From Eledone cirrhosa (Eukaryota): 64,000 bases of DNA. The DNA lies in contig OZ024750.1 in the NCBI GenBank assembly GCA_964016885.1, forward strand, positions 51,460,001 to 51,524,000, in the 5' to 3' direction. Under the pieces are notes generated by a model, which was not told the origin of the DNA, ran no database searches, and saw only the letters and a program-made list of their open reading frames with translations. This document shows, piece by piece, positions 1-12,251 of the stretch. How positions within the stretch are numbered: the stretch's first letter is position 1; each line of letters opens with the position of its first letter. A program made the position numbers and the translations under genes.

Positions 1-82
1 TGTATGTATGTATCTAGTTCATTTGTCATACATGTATGTATGACAAATGTACTAGGTACATCCCACTGCCCCCGCCACCACA

Positions 83-196
83 ATAACGTCTACACTCTCT
101 CCCTACCACCACATTTACATTTACACATGTCATTACCCTTGTAGACTAAAGTCACTGACCTGTTGTAAAACTCTCTACTCTGTGTTGAATGTGTGT
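83..196 (+). repeat. Left arm of a ~114-bp inverted repeat (partner 5255-5369)
   Basis: ataacgtctacactctctccctacc...gttgaatgtgtg is the reverse complement of 5255-5369 with a few mismatches. Confidence 0.85.
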
Positions 197-198
197 AT

Positions 199-230
<32 letters not shown>

Positions 231-245
231 CACATTCAACACAGA

Positions 246-293
<48 letters not shown>

Positions 294-362
294 AAAAAGG
301 GATGAAATCGAAAATGCAACTGCAGTCTTATTTTTTTTTTAAATATATATATTTATTTGGTT

Positions 363-400
363 CCTTTACCGGTTTCGCAGTTCTTCTGCTTTTCAAAAGG
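363..400 (-). ncRNA. Minimal type I hammerhead ribozyme, U3-A8 core variant, at the PLE 3' end
   Basis: Minus strand reads CCUU-UUGAAAA-GCAG(AAGAA)CUGC-GAAA-CCGG-UA-AAGG: stems I and II are perfect and stem III is the palindrome ACCGGU. Confidence 0.8.
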
Positions 401-910
401 TGAGTTGAGATGGAGGGTCTGTGGTTTTTCTCACATCTGGTTGGTCTCTAAATGTTACTTGTTTTATATGGAAAAACTGGCTCGAAAACCAGGTTTTTCG
501 AGAAGTAATTTGATTGGTTTGTCAATAATTATAATAAATTTCGCGCCAGTTCGCGTTACAATAGTTCTTCAAATAAGAGAGGGGGGGGTTTCACAGGTTG
601 TTTTTTCATATATGAGTGTTTGAATTTCTTTTTACTTGAAAAAATGAGGCTCACGAAGGCTTTTTTTTGGTTGGTTATAAATGAAATTTGGCTGTCACGT
701 GAACAAGTTTTCATTACATTTTTGCGCCCTTATTTGGAAAACTATTCTGTAGTCTTTATAGTGAATGTTATGACAATGGAGAGATAGTGGTCAAGGGAAA
801 AGGGATTGGGAGAAATGTTCTGGTTCAGTGAATATGGGCAGCTGTCAGAGTTCAGGTGTCAGAGTTCAGATTTTCTATTGAGATTGAAGATATGTGTTTA
901 TTTGTGTGCT

Positions 911-943
<33 letters not shown>

Positions 944-1432
944 ATGTGTGTATTGGAAGATGATTCTATTAGTAGAGATGGGGGAGGGAGTTGTGTGTGT
1001 GTGTATATGGGTGTTATGTGTGTGTGTGCGAGTATGTTAGATAGAGAGAATATATATTTTTTGTGTGTGTGTATATATATATGTGTGTAGGAAAGTGGTT
1101 CTATTAGTAGAAATGGGGAGGGTGTTGTAGGTGTGGGGGGTTTTATGTGTGTGTATGGGTGTTATGTGTGTGGGAGTATGGTTAGCATGTTAAGATGAAG
1201 AGAATATATATATATATATATATATTGTGTGTGTGTATGTGTGTGTGTAGGAAAATGATTCCTTTAGTAGGAATATTTTTTAATGAACATATTTTCCTGA
1301 CTTTTTCGTGTTTGCTGTTGTATTGCCAGTGCAAACGTATGTTTAAGGTTTATTTAGTTCGGGTTTTTATTTTCTAAAGTAGGTGTTATGTGTGTGTGTG
1401 TATGTCATATTGTGGTGTTGACTTAATGTATA

Positions 1433-2664
1433 TTAAACCTTATTTAATGTTGGTCTATATTTTTGAATAAACATATTTTCCTTATTTATTCGCATTTGTT
1501 CTGTTGTATTGTTAGCGCAAAGGTAAAATGGGAAGACTTGGAATTTGGGTGTCTTATTACTTGCGCAAATGTCTAGATGTGTACTTAGTTGTATTTGTCT
1601 CGTGGTTGGATCTCGTAATTGTTGGCGATGAACTGTCATTCTGTTTCTGAGTGTGAGTTTAGTTTGTCCTATATAATCTTCATTGCATCCTTTACATTTA
1701 ATGGCATAAATTAGATTTTTTGATGAGCAAGTGAAGTGATTTTTTACAGTAAAATTTTGTCCTGATTTAAATGTATACGTGTTGCCTTCAATGAGGTGAG
1801 TGCAGGTTCTACAATTAGAGCGACCACATTTTTTGATACTTGGTTGTGGGTTTGTGGTAGGTAATTTGGCATTGGTGAGTAATGTTTTCAGTGATTTTGG
1901 TTGTTTTTTGCTTTTGATTATTTTGTGTGTTTCAAGGGCTTTTTTCATTCTTGGGTTTTGTTTTAGTAGTGGGATGTTATTGTGAATAGTGTTGTAGGCT
2001 TCCGCATTTCTTGGGTTGTGTGTTGAGATATATGATAGAATATTGGACGTACCTTGAATTTGTTTCTGTTTCCGTAATTCATCAATGCCTATTGCTTTAG
2101 CCCTTTCTATTCCATTATTTATTAGTAATAGTGGGTACTCTCTCTCAAGTAGAATTTCCTTTAATTCTTGAAGTCTTTTATTTCGCGTTTCATAATTGGA
2201 GACAATTGTGCAAATTCTTCTTGCTAGGTTAAAAGGAATGTTCGTCTTCGTGTGCTTTGGATGGTTGGAGGTGAATAGCAGATATTGTTTGCAATCTGTT
2301 GGTTTGTAGTGTATGTCAGTTTCGATATTTGTGTCTTTTTTTGTGATTAAGATGTCCAGAAATGGGAGTTGATCTTGGCTGTATTCCATTGTGAATTGGA
2401 TGTGGTTATTGATGCCGTTTATTAAGTTTTTGAAATCCTTCAGTTGGTCGAGTGTGTGGGACCAAAGAATGAGGCAATCATCCAAGTAGCGTTTCCAATT
2501 CTCTGATAAATATTTGTGGAAGTTCAATCCGTATTTTGATTTGGACTGTTCATATATCTGGACTTCTAAGTATGCCATGACTAAGTTGGCATAAGTTGGA
2601 GCGGCTTTTGTGCCCATCGCAGTCCCCGATATTTGCTTGTAAGTATTGCCATCGAAATCAAAAA
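1433..2664 (-). CDS. PLE RT C-terminal half + CX4CX2C zinc finger + GIY-YIG endonuclease
   Basis: ORF 1433..2617 is open upstream as DFDGNTYKQISGTAMGTKAAP; it contains RYLDD, LPFLD, CGRSNCRTC and NLIYAIKCKGCNEDYIGQT...LRNRM..H. It joins the N-half through a 1-nt indel in the A5 run at 2660-2664. Confidence 0.9.
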
Positions 2665-3738
2665 GTTGTTCTGTAGGATGAATTTTAATCCCTCGGTGAT
2701 GAAGCTTTTTTCTATTCTGTCAGGTATCTCATTGGGATATTTCTCTAGCCAGAATCCTATTGCTTCTAGTCCGTATTGGTGTGGGATCGTTGTGTAGAGA
2801 TTCACTACATCGAAAGACACAATAATAGTGTCGTTGTTGACATGTTTGGGGAGGTGGTTTAAGAGGTCCAGATCGTCTCTTACAAGGCTTGGTATGTGTT
2901 TCAGTATTGGTTTCAGTAGTATGTCTATAAAGTTGCTCAATCTGTGTGTTTCACATTGTGGGCCCGCTACAATTGGTCTTAATTTAAGGTCTGTGGGGTA
3001 TTGTGTGTTCACGCAGGCTGAGGTGGATTGTTTACAGGCATCGTTGATTATTTTACATTTGTGGATCTTCGGAAGTGCGTAAAGGTTGCTGGTTTTGTAT
3101 TCAAAATTTGTTAAATAATCGCGTTCCTTTTTAGTTAGGTCTTCCTGGTATCGATAAATCAGTGTGTTTAATTTGGTCATTATTTTTGATTGCTGGTAGT
3201 TTTTTACTCTTTCATAGTAATTAGCATTTTGTAAGAGAGAGAACATAGAATTTTTATATTTTTCAGCCTCCATAATGACAACAGTACTTCCCTTGTCCGC
3301 TTCCTTAATTACAATGTCCGGATTGTTTTTTAGTTCATGGATAATCTCCCATTCCCTTCGACTTGTGTTGGGTTTGGGTTTAGGTTGCGGTAGTTCATGG
3401 TATGGGAAGGTAGCTATGTGGTCACAAAATTTGTCCAGAACTCTGTTTCTACCTTTTGTTGGGTTGTAGCTGCTTTTATTCCGTACAATTGATTCGTCGT
3501 TATTCTCCTTGTCAAAGAATTCCTCTGTGAGACGTAATTTTCTACAGAAGTGTGCGATATCGTCATTTATCTCGTTGGGGTTAGGATATTGTGGTGTTGG
3601 TGTGAATTTCAGACCTTTGGAGAAAATTTTTACTTGTTGGGCTGAGAGGTTTGTATTTGAAATGTTAATTATTTTCGGTTTTTCAAAATCGGTTTGTGCC
3701 ACCGGGTGTCGTGAGTCCTGTAGCCTTGGTCTAAAAAA
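2660..3738 (-). CDS. PLE reverse transcriptase N-terminal half
   Basis: ORF 2581..3702: IINIS, KGLKFTP, IVIKEADKG, YALPKIHK, LRPIVAG, SFDVVNLYTTIPH. The frame stays open upstream past the slippery site at 3732-3738. Confidence 0.9.
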
Positions 3739-4677
3739 TGATTTTTCTGGAATGTTTTTTCATTGGTATTATTATATCTAATGGTATTTCCCCTGTTGTT
3801 GTGTGGTCTTGTATAGAAGTTTCGGACGTATTGAGGTTCGGTTTGTTGATAGTCCGGGTTGTAGATTTGGTTCCTTTGTGTGGGTTGGGATCTATGGTTT
3901 TGGAACAGGCTCTGTGTGGGCAGGGATCTACGGTTTTGGAATAGGTTTTGTGTGGGTTGTGATCTGCGGATCAGGTCCTGCCTTGTGTTCGGGGATCTTT
4001 GGTTTTTGTTAGTAGGGTTATAGTTTTGTCTATGGTTTCTGGGATTATCGTTATAGTTTTGCTGGGGGTATGTTGGACGTTTTGTTACTTTTTTTGTTAT
4101 TTGTTGTGCATGTGGTCTGTGAGTTTTAGTTTGTTTTAAAAATGGGTTACCTGTATGTTGTTCATTTTTGAAGTCCATTTCGTAGTTGTTGAACCAGGTG
4201 GCGTTTTTTTCCCATCGCTGGAGGGATGTGAGTTCTTCATCCTCACAGTTTTCTTTCCAAAGTTTTAGGGTTTTTTTGTAGAGTAGGCCTTCAGAGTGCT
4301 TTGAGATTTCTGTGTCCATCTGTTGGTCGAGTGACTTGAATTTTTCTTCGTTGGAGTTGGCTCTTAATCGCAACAGTTCTATTTCTGTTTTAAATTTTTC
4401 CAATGCCATCTTTTCCCTAAGCCTTTGTTGGTTTTCTGGTTCATTCGGGATGGGTTTTATTTGGAGTTTTTTGGGGAGGATGATTGGGGTAGAGTTTAGC
4501 CACTTTTCATATATGTCTGCCTTGCCATTATTTTTTAGGAGATTCCAAAGGGCGAATTTGCGGGCTGTGAGCTTTTGAGTCCATATGTTGATTAGGGTGT
4601 TTTTCACTGAGTGGACATCTCGTAGATTGGGTTCTAACGGTTGTTCAAGCTTTTGGAGCATTGCTGTTTCAATGGTT

Positions 4678-4681
<4 letters not shown>
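3669..4681 (-). CDS. PLE upstream ORF1 (helical/coiled-coil-like N-part, N/Q/R/P-rich C-part), 5'-truncated
   Basis: 330-aa stop-free ORF, open upstream (IETIETAM) up to the (TA)n; E/K/L-rich segment; three 12-aa repeats (RRSQPTQNLFQN-like); overlaps the RT ORF, which lies in the -1 frame. Confidence 0.75.
3732..3738 (-). promoter_or_regulatory. Candidate -1 ribosomal frameshift slippery heptamer U UUU UUA
   Basis: ORF1 codons CAT TTT TTA give an X XXY YYZ pattern in the correct phase, inside the ORF1/RT overlap. Confidence 0.65.
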
Positions 4682-4761
<80 letters not shown>

Positions 4762-5138
4762 TCTCTGTTTATCCCCTTCTCACTTCCTCCCGTTCGTTAG
4801 TAGTGGGATTCTTTCTTTCTCACATCTCATTCACGTCGAACGGTCTGTTTTCTGACCGCTCATGAAATTCACCCAGCTTATGCTGATTGGATAACCATCA
4901 TGTTGCTTGCTTTTTTCCTACCTTCGGTTTGCTTTTCCTTCTATATTGTTTACTTGTCTCACTCGCTTTACGCGGTTCACTTGTCCCAATAGCTTATTTT
5001 TGTTATTGCTCGCACCAACCTCAGGTATATGATTTGTAATGCGATGAAATACCAATGATGGTTGGCAAATCACTGATGAGGGACTAATTTTATAATATGT
5101 AACCCATGTGCAACCACGCAGTTTTCCTCTTTCTTCCC

Positions 5139-5369
<231 letters not shown>

Positions 5370-5662
5370 GTATATGTGTGTGTATTCATCACTCAGTCAA
5401 ACGACCAGATTTCAACCCCAATATCTACAACAAAACAACACCGGCACTAATGTTTACAGCAACAACAGCTTCAGAATGAAATGAAATGAACATTTACAAC
5501 AACAACAGCGGCATCAAACGATAAAAAAAAAACACAAAAAAAGAAGAAAACACTCACACACACACACACAACACAACAACAACATCAACTGCCACCACCA
5601 CCACCGCCACCATCACCATCACCATCACCAACAATCGGGCCTTAAGAAAACGACAACTTTAA

Positions 5663-5990
5663 TAATTGTTTCTACTTTTTGACACAAGACCAGCAAATAT
5701 CTAGTGTATTACTGGTACTTTATTTTATCGACCCCGTAAGGATGAAAGGCAAAGTTAACCTCGGCGGGATTTTAATAATAATAATTTTTCTGCTTTTGGC
5801 ATGGAGCCAGCGATTGTTCCAGCGCATAACTGGGGCGTTCTTTTGTTGACTCCGTGCGGATGAACGGCAAGGTTGACCTCGGCGTGATTTGAGCTCGGAG
5901 CGTGGAGGACCATAGCTCTATGCTGTAAAGCAATTATAATAATTGTTTTTACTTTTGGCACAAGGCCAGCAATACCCAGTGCATTACTGG
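5663..5990 (-). mobile_element. Cluster of fragments of the tRNA-derived SINE family
   Basis: Reverse complement of the SINE body (actggtactttattttatcgaccccgtaaggatgaaaggcaaagttaacctcggcgggattt) plus two further partial pieces. Confidence 0.75.
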
Positions 5991-6481
5991 TAAAGCAATT
6001 AACTGAACGGTAACACGAACGGCTTCAACTATACGAACTCTTTCGAAAGTCAACAGTTGACATAATCTTGTAATCTTGTATCAGTAATGACGGTCATATA
6101 GATATATATGTGTGTGTGTGTGTGTGTGTGTAAGTGTATAGCGTATGTGTGTTTGTTTGTATGGATGAGTGTTGGTGTGCGCGCGCGTATGTATGTGTGT
6201 GTGCGCGCGTGTGTGTATGTCGTACGTATGAGTGTCAATAAGTGAGTTTTGTTGTTTTTTTTCTTTATGAGCGGGTACATAGAAATAGTCGGGTTGGATA
6301 CCCGATCGCGCAGTTAAACCACTGGGAGTGAAGAACCCCTAGCCCTTGTCAGGGCATTCTTCTAGGAGAAGTCATCTCAGGAAACTGGGTTAACTCCGAT
6401 TTAAAACCACAGTCTTTCCTCTCTTTAAAAATATTCTTCACGCACAGGCATTGCAGATAGAATTAATTAGTAATTATTAAT

Positions 6482-6547
<66 letters not shown>

Positions 6548-6999
6548 GGTCTGTTCAGACGTCTTTTTGCTCGCTCCCAGTAAGTCGCTTTATTTACCTG
6601 TTATAATTATTCGTTGTTTAATTGTTCTTGTTGTGTAAGGGCTATAACCCCTTGGTCTTTGCCCTGTGAAGGGGAAAGTATAATATTTGGGTCTTTTGGC
6701 CCAAATATTTGAACAATATTTGAACATTTTACTTTTAAAATATTTTTTTAAAAAACATGGCTGAGCCCCCAGCAATATGTCTGCTGTCGTGTGACAACGG
6801 GGCGTAAAAGTTGAAAGGAGGGTTACAGAAATTGATACAACAAACACTACCACAAACAACGTGAACAAAGACAACAACACTGAGAACACTTATTTTTAAA
6901 AAATGACCACACCAACTACAACAATAACAGCGACAACCAAAATACAGACAACAGAAAAAAATGCCAACACTGAAAATCTTAACTATTTATTCACAGCCT

Positions 7000-9900
7000 G
7001 TGCCCGCTCGTCATCGTGCCACTGTAATAGAGCCACACAAGGCATTTAGTCTTGGCTGCTGGAACCTACGGACGCTACTTGACAGGAATTCCTTGGAACG
7101 TCCTGAACGAAGGACCGCTCTTGTTGCAAAGGAGCTTCGACGTTACGATCTTGACATCGTGGCTTTATCTGAGACGAGGTTAGCTGGAGATGGTCATCTT
7201 ACAGAATTTTGTGGAGAATATACATTCTTCTGGAAAGGAAGAGATGAAGGAACCAGAAGAGAGGCTGGGGTAGCATTTGCTGTAAGACTGTTCTTGTGAA
7301 TAAATTAGAATATTTGTGAGCGTCTTATGTCCATGAGAATTCCGCTGGACAAAGGAAGATATGCGACCCTGGTGAGTGTGTATGCTCCAACTATGAATTC
7401 TGTCGATGAAGAAAAAATGTCCTTTTACCATGCCTTGAAATGTGTTTTAAGAAATATCCCTCACGCAGACAAAGTCATCGTGCTTGTGACTTTAATGCTC
7501 GAGTGGGTAGGGATTTTAACACATGGAATGTAATCGGAAGGCATGGGGTGGGAAAGTGTAACAACAATGGTATGCTCCTGCTGCAGATGTGTGGGGAGCT
7601 GGATCTGTGTGTTACCAATACCATGTTCCAACAAAAGGACAAATTCAAGACCACATGGATGCATCCTGTATCTAAAGAATGGCATATTTTGGACTACGTC
7701 CTAGTCAGGATGCGTGACAGACAGGATGTGCAGTATGTTTGTGCTCTTCGTGGAGCTGAGTGGTGGAGCTGAGTGCCGCCTGGTACGCAGAAAAGTGAAA
7801 CTAATCACTAAACGTAAAATCCGGGCTCCTGGTGTTGCCCTGCCCAGAAGATTGAATGCTGCTCGTCTTAAGGATAAAAATGGGAAGAGGACATTGCAAG
7901 ATCAGGCTGCAGATCTTGGTGAGGATTGGCCGACTCTTAAAAAGTCGGTTTATGATGTAGGCAGACGTGTTCTGGGATTGGTGCAGAGAAAACATCAGGA
8001 CTGGCTTAATGAGAATGATGTACATATAGAAGACTTGTTGGCTGATAAGAGGCGTACTCTGTCACGCTACTTGACGGCAAAACCACAGGAGAAGAATACG
8101 TTGCATAAGGAACTCAAGGATGTGAAATCACGTGTTAGGCGGAGTCTGTCTCAGATGAAGGATCAGTAGTGGAGTGAGAAGGCTGATGAGATACAAACTG
8201 CGTCAGATTCCAATAACACAAAGCTGTTGTACAGTCTCTTGCGTGAAGTTTATGGACCGTCTTCTTCTCTGGTGACACCGCTTCACAGCAAGGATGGCAA
8301 AGAACTTCTTCGTGACTCACAAGGAATTCTACGAAGGTGGCGAGAGCACTTTGATCATCTTTTGAATCAGCTGTCTGTCGTCAATGAAGATTTCCTCAAT
8401 CTCATTCCAGAAAGTCCTGTGAAAGTAGCTCTCGCAGAACCTCCGACGCTTGTGGAGGTTGCAGTGGCTATCTCGAAGCTGAACAATGAAAGGTCTCCAG
8501 GTATGGATGGATGGCATACATGATGAGCTACTCCAATATGGTGGTGAGAGACTCCTGCAACATCTTCACTCTTTGTTTGGAAGGATATGGGCTAATGAAT
8601 CCGTACCTGAGGACTGGAGAGATGCAGTAATGGTGGTCTTGTACAAGGGAAAGGGTAACAGGAATGATTGTGGGAACTACAGAGGTATATCATTGCTTTC
8701 TGTCGTAGGGAAAGTTTTATGTAGGGTGCTTCTGGACCGTCTGCTGACACACATTGCAGATTGTGTTCTTCCTGAAAGTCAATCTGTTTTAGTGCTGGAC
8801 GCGGCACTACTGATATGATCTTCTCAGCTAGACAGTTCCAGGAGAAGTGCATGGAACAAGGTTTGGATCTGTGTCAGATTTTAGTCGATCTGACAAAAGC
8901 TTTCGATACTGTTAACAGAAATGCATTATGGAAGGTTCTCCAGAAACTTGGTTGCCCTGATAAGTTCCTTGCTTTAGTTAGTCTTTCGATGACGACATGA
9001 AGGCTTGGGTTAATGTCGGAGGTAACATGTCGGAGCTTATCTCAGAAACAAATAGAGTGAAACAGGGGATATTCCAGCACTGACCCTGTTTGCCATATAC
9101 TTTGCAATGGTTTTCTGTATTGCATTCAGGAATTGCGATCATGGTGTTTACATCCGATATCGATATCGAACCAGCATATTTAACATCAAGCACTTTGCTG
9201 CAAAACAAAAGTATTTACATCAATCATAAGAGACCTCTTGTATGCAGATGATTGCGATCTTGTAGCGCACACAGAGAATGATATGCAGCACATTTTGAAT
9301 GCATTTTCTGATGCTTGCACTGCCCTAGGATTGACTGTCAGTCTCAAGAAAACCGTCGTCATGTACCAACCTGCCCCTGGTAAGCAGTACAGTGAACCAA
9401 ATATCTATGTGTATGGTAAACGACTTGGAGTGGCTGATCAGTTTGTCTACCTGGGAAGCACTGTCAATCGATACAGCAACCTTGATAGTGAAATCCCACT
9501 CAGGATTAGGAAAGCAAGTGATGCTTTCGGAAAGCTAGAAAGGCGACTCTGGGGTCGGCGAGACATATGCAAGAAGACAAAGGTAAAGGTGTACAAGGCA
9601 TGCGTGCTCTCTTCTCTTCTTTATGCTTGCGAGACCTAGATCACATATCGACACCACCTTAAGCAATTGGAGCGTTTCCATCAGATGTGTCTCAGACGGA
9701 TCCATGGCTTTCACTGGAGGGACCACATCAGTGATGTCGAGATTTTGGAAAGCTCTGTGTGTGACAGTATAGAAGCTCTTGTGCTTAAGCAACGACTCCG
9801 TTGGAATGGTCACCTTGCCAGGATGAAGGATTCTAGAATACCAAAACAACTCTTTTATGGAGAGTTAGTTAAAGGAAAACGACCGCCACATAAACCAAAA

Positions 9901-10410
9901 AAGAGGTATAAGGATTCCTTGAAAGCCTCTTTGAAAGACGCTAACATCTCTGCTGATACATGGGAAAATGTTGCTGCTGATCGTAATAAATAGAGAAAGA
10001 ATGTATATGAGGGAAAATTTGTCTTTGAGGCATCTCAAATCTCATACGAGTAGGTAAAGCGGGATGTGAGGAAGGGCATTGCTGTTGCACTTCCAGAAGG
10101 CGAAGGTCCCTCATATGGTGCTGACATGCAGCGTCTGTCATCTTCGCAGTCATAAAGTCATCTTCGCAGTCATAAAGTAAGACCAGTGGTTGACTACCAG
10201 GCTGCTGTTGGAGATGCTACTCATCATTCTTGCCAAGCATGTGGAAGAGAATGTAAATCAGCAGGAGGGCTCAAACGACATGCAAAAGTACATGAACTCC
10301 AACCACAGCCTGCTATTCCCAGTGAATGTTTTGGTTGCCGACTCTGTGCAAGACATTTTAGATCATTGGCTGGGCTAAAAAGCCACATTCGATCGCAGCG
10401 CTGTTAATTG
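7000..10410 (+). mobile_element. Decayed RTE-clade LINE (APE endonuclease + RT + C-terminal C2H2 fingers)
   Basis: WNLRTLLDR..RPERRTALVAKELRRYDLDIVALSETR, VYAPT, DFNARVG, TWMHP..WHILDY, NYRGISLLS, DLTKAFDTV, LYADD, YLGS, RLRWNGH, CQACGRECKSAGGLKRH, CRLCARHFRSLAGLKSH; many stops and frameshifts; 5' boundary approximate. Confidence 0.93.
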
Positions 10411-10549
10411 CTATCGTGTGTGTGTGTGTATAGATATGTTTATGTGTGTGCGTGTGTGTGTATATGTATATGTATATATGTATATTATTATTGTTGTTGT
10501 TGTCGTTATTATTATTATTGTTGTTGTTATTATTATTATTATTGTTGTA

Positions 10550-10737
10550 GGCGGTGGATTGGCAGTATCGGTAGAGGGTCGGACGCCATGCTTTGACGCA
10601 TAGAGTTACGGCCCTTGCCATACTGAGTTCAAATCCCGCCGAGGTTAACTTTGCCTTTCATCCTTAAGGGGTCGATAAAATAAAGTACCAGTAATGTACT
10701 GGATAATTGCTGGCCTTGTGCCAAAAGTAGAAACAAT
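10550..10737 (+). mobile_element. tRNA-derived SINE
   Basis: A-box-like TGGCAGTATCGG, B-box GAGTTCAAATC, central gcctttcatcc..ggggtcgataaaataaagtaccag (resembles the Meta-SINE central domain, from memory), (ATT)n tail. Confidence 0.85.
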
Positions 10738-10757
10738 TATTATTATTATTGTTATTA

Positions 10758-10788
<31 letters not shown>

Positions 10789-10794
10789 TTTCTC

Positions 10795-10832
10795 GTGCAA
10801 CGGCCATACTCGATAACGAGGGGGCAGCCATC
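10795..10832 (+). mobile_element. RTE-type 3' terminus followed by an (ATGT)n tail
   Basis: ggccatactcgataacgagggggcagcca matches the 3' ends of the minus-strand RTE derivatives (ggccgtactcgaaaacgagttggcagcca). Confidence 0.6.
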
Positions 10833-11212
10833 ATGTATGTATGTATATTTGTATGTATGTTTGTATGTATGTTTGTATGTATGTATGTTTGTATGTATGT
10901 TTGTATGTATGTATGTTTGTATGTATGTATGTATATATATATGTATGTATGTTTGTATGTATGTATGTTTGTATGTATGTATGTATATATGTATGTATGT
11001 TTGTTTGTATGTATGTATGTTTGTATGTATGTTTGTATGTATGTATGTTTGTATGTATGTATGTATATATGTATGTATGTTTGTTTGTATGTATGTATGT
11101 TTGTATGTATGTTTGTATGTTTGTATGTATGTATGTATGTATGTATGTTTGTATGTGTGTATGTATGTTTGTATGTATGTATGTTTGTATGTATGTATGT
11201 ATATATGTATGT
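10833..11212. repeat. (ATGT)n microsatellite with variants
   Basis: Direct reading. Confidence 0.95.
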
Positions 11213-12080
11213 TCTTCTGGTTTTATAATTTCACAAATTTTTACCAATAGAGAGAGAGTCGGTTTCTAACATAGACACAAGACTCTCTCATTGGAATTTA
11301 CACAACATCAACTAGGTAGATATGTATGTCTGCATGCATGTGTAGATATGGATGTTATTGTATGTGTGGATGTGGATGTTTTGAGTTGTATGTGTGCATG
11401 TGTATATGCTTTGTATCTGTACATGTGTATATGCAGTTATTAGTTGCAAACTATTTGGAATGTTTTACATATTTTTACTGTTCCATTAATGTATTGTGCT
11501 TGTAATTTCCTAGATAGTTGTGTATGTACGTTGTTCTCTTTCTCTTAATTGTGAGTACATTTTTAACTGGCCACCTTCCTGATGGCAAGGTTGTAAAAGA
11601 AAAGAAATTGTCCACTCTTCAATCGCAAGAATGTTTTGCAAATTTTGAAGGTATCAGATATCGCGGCCATTTATAGTCTATGAATTAGAGAGCTTTGTCC
11701 ACAAATCCAAGTTCAGTTATATTTTAGTCCAAGCAGGTTGATATATAACCCGTAGCTCAAATAATGATGGGTAGGAAGCTGAAGATGTATCTTGGATACT
11801 GGATCTACAAACTCCTCATCAATGGTCCGTAGATGTCCTCCCATTGTATTTTTCTAACAACGTTGACATCAAGTGGGCAGCTGATCTCTACAACAGAGCA
11901 CAATTTCAATGTCTGGTCCCAAACAACAATATCAGGCCGGTTGTGCTTTAATTTGGTGGCAGTTTTTATTTTCAGGTTCCACCAGTATTCCTTAGTGCCA
12001 TCTTTCTCAACATATTCCTCCTCATTTGTTTTTCATTTTGTTTTCCTAAGTGCGTTCCAGATGGTTCTAGCTATCACATA
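11213..12080 (-). mobile_element. R4/Dong-like RLE retrotransposon 3' remnants
   Basis: Minus strand encodes EYWWNLKIKTATKLKHNRPDIVVWD..CSVVEISCP. 11213-11520 is the near-identical reverse complement of the 3' end at 32895-33205. (TATG)n lies on both sides. Confidence 0.8.
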
Positions 12081-12083
12081 GTG

Positions 12084-12114
<31 letters not shown>

Positions 12115-12251
12115 TGTATGTATGTATGTATGTATGTATGTATGTATGTATGTATGTATGTATGTGTGTATATGTATGTATGCAGGAAGAAATACAAAGA
12201 GAGAAATTGCTTAATATATTTGATTATTTTAATACAGTTATTTTAATAAAG

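Larger units (their letters stand above)
291..4681 (-). mobile_element. Penelope-like retroelement (Neptune/Naiad-type zinc-finger linker), 5'-truncated, inserted in (TA)n
   Basis: ORF1 followed by RT (IKEADKG, LRPIVAG, SFDVVNLYT, MGTKAAP, RYLDD), a CX4CX2C linker and a GIY-YIG endonuclease; 3' HHR at 363-400; (TA)n on both sides (248-290, 4682-4758). Confidence 0.92.

Noticed and set aside
2828-4578. Plus-strand ORFs over the PLE
   Set aside because: Antisense shadows of the PLE coding frames with no motifs.
10186-10407. Stand-alone C2H2 zinc-finger host gene
   Set aside because: Collinear with the RTE LINE and part of its C-terminus.
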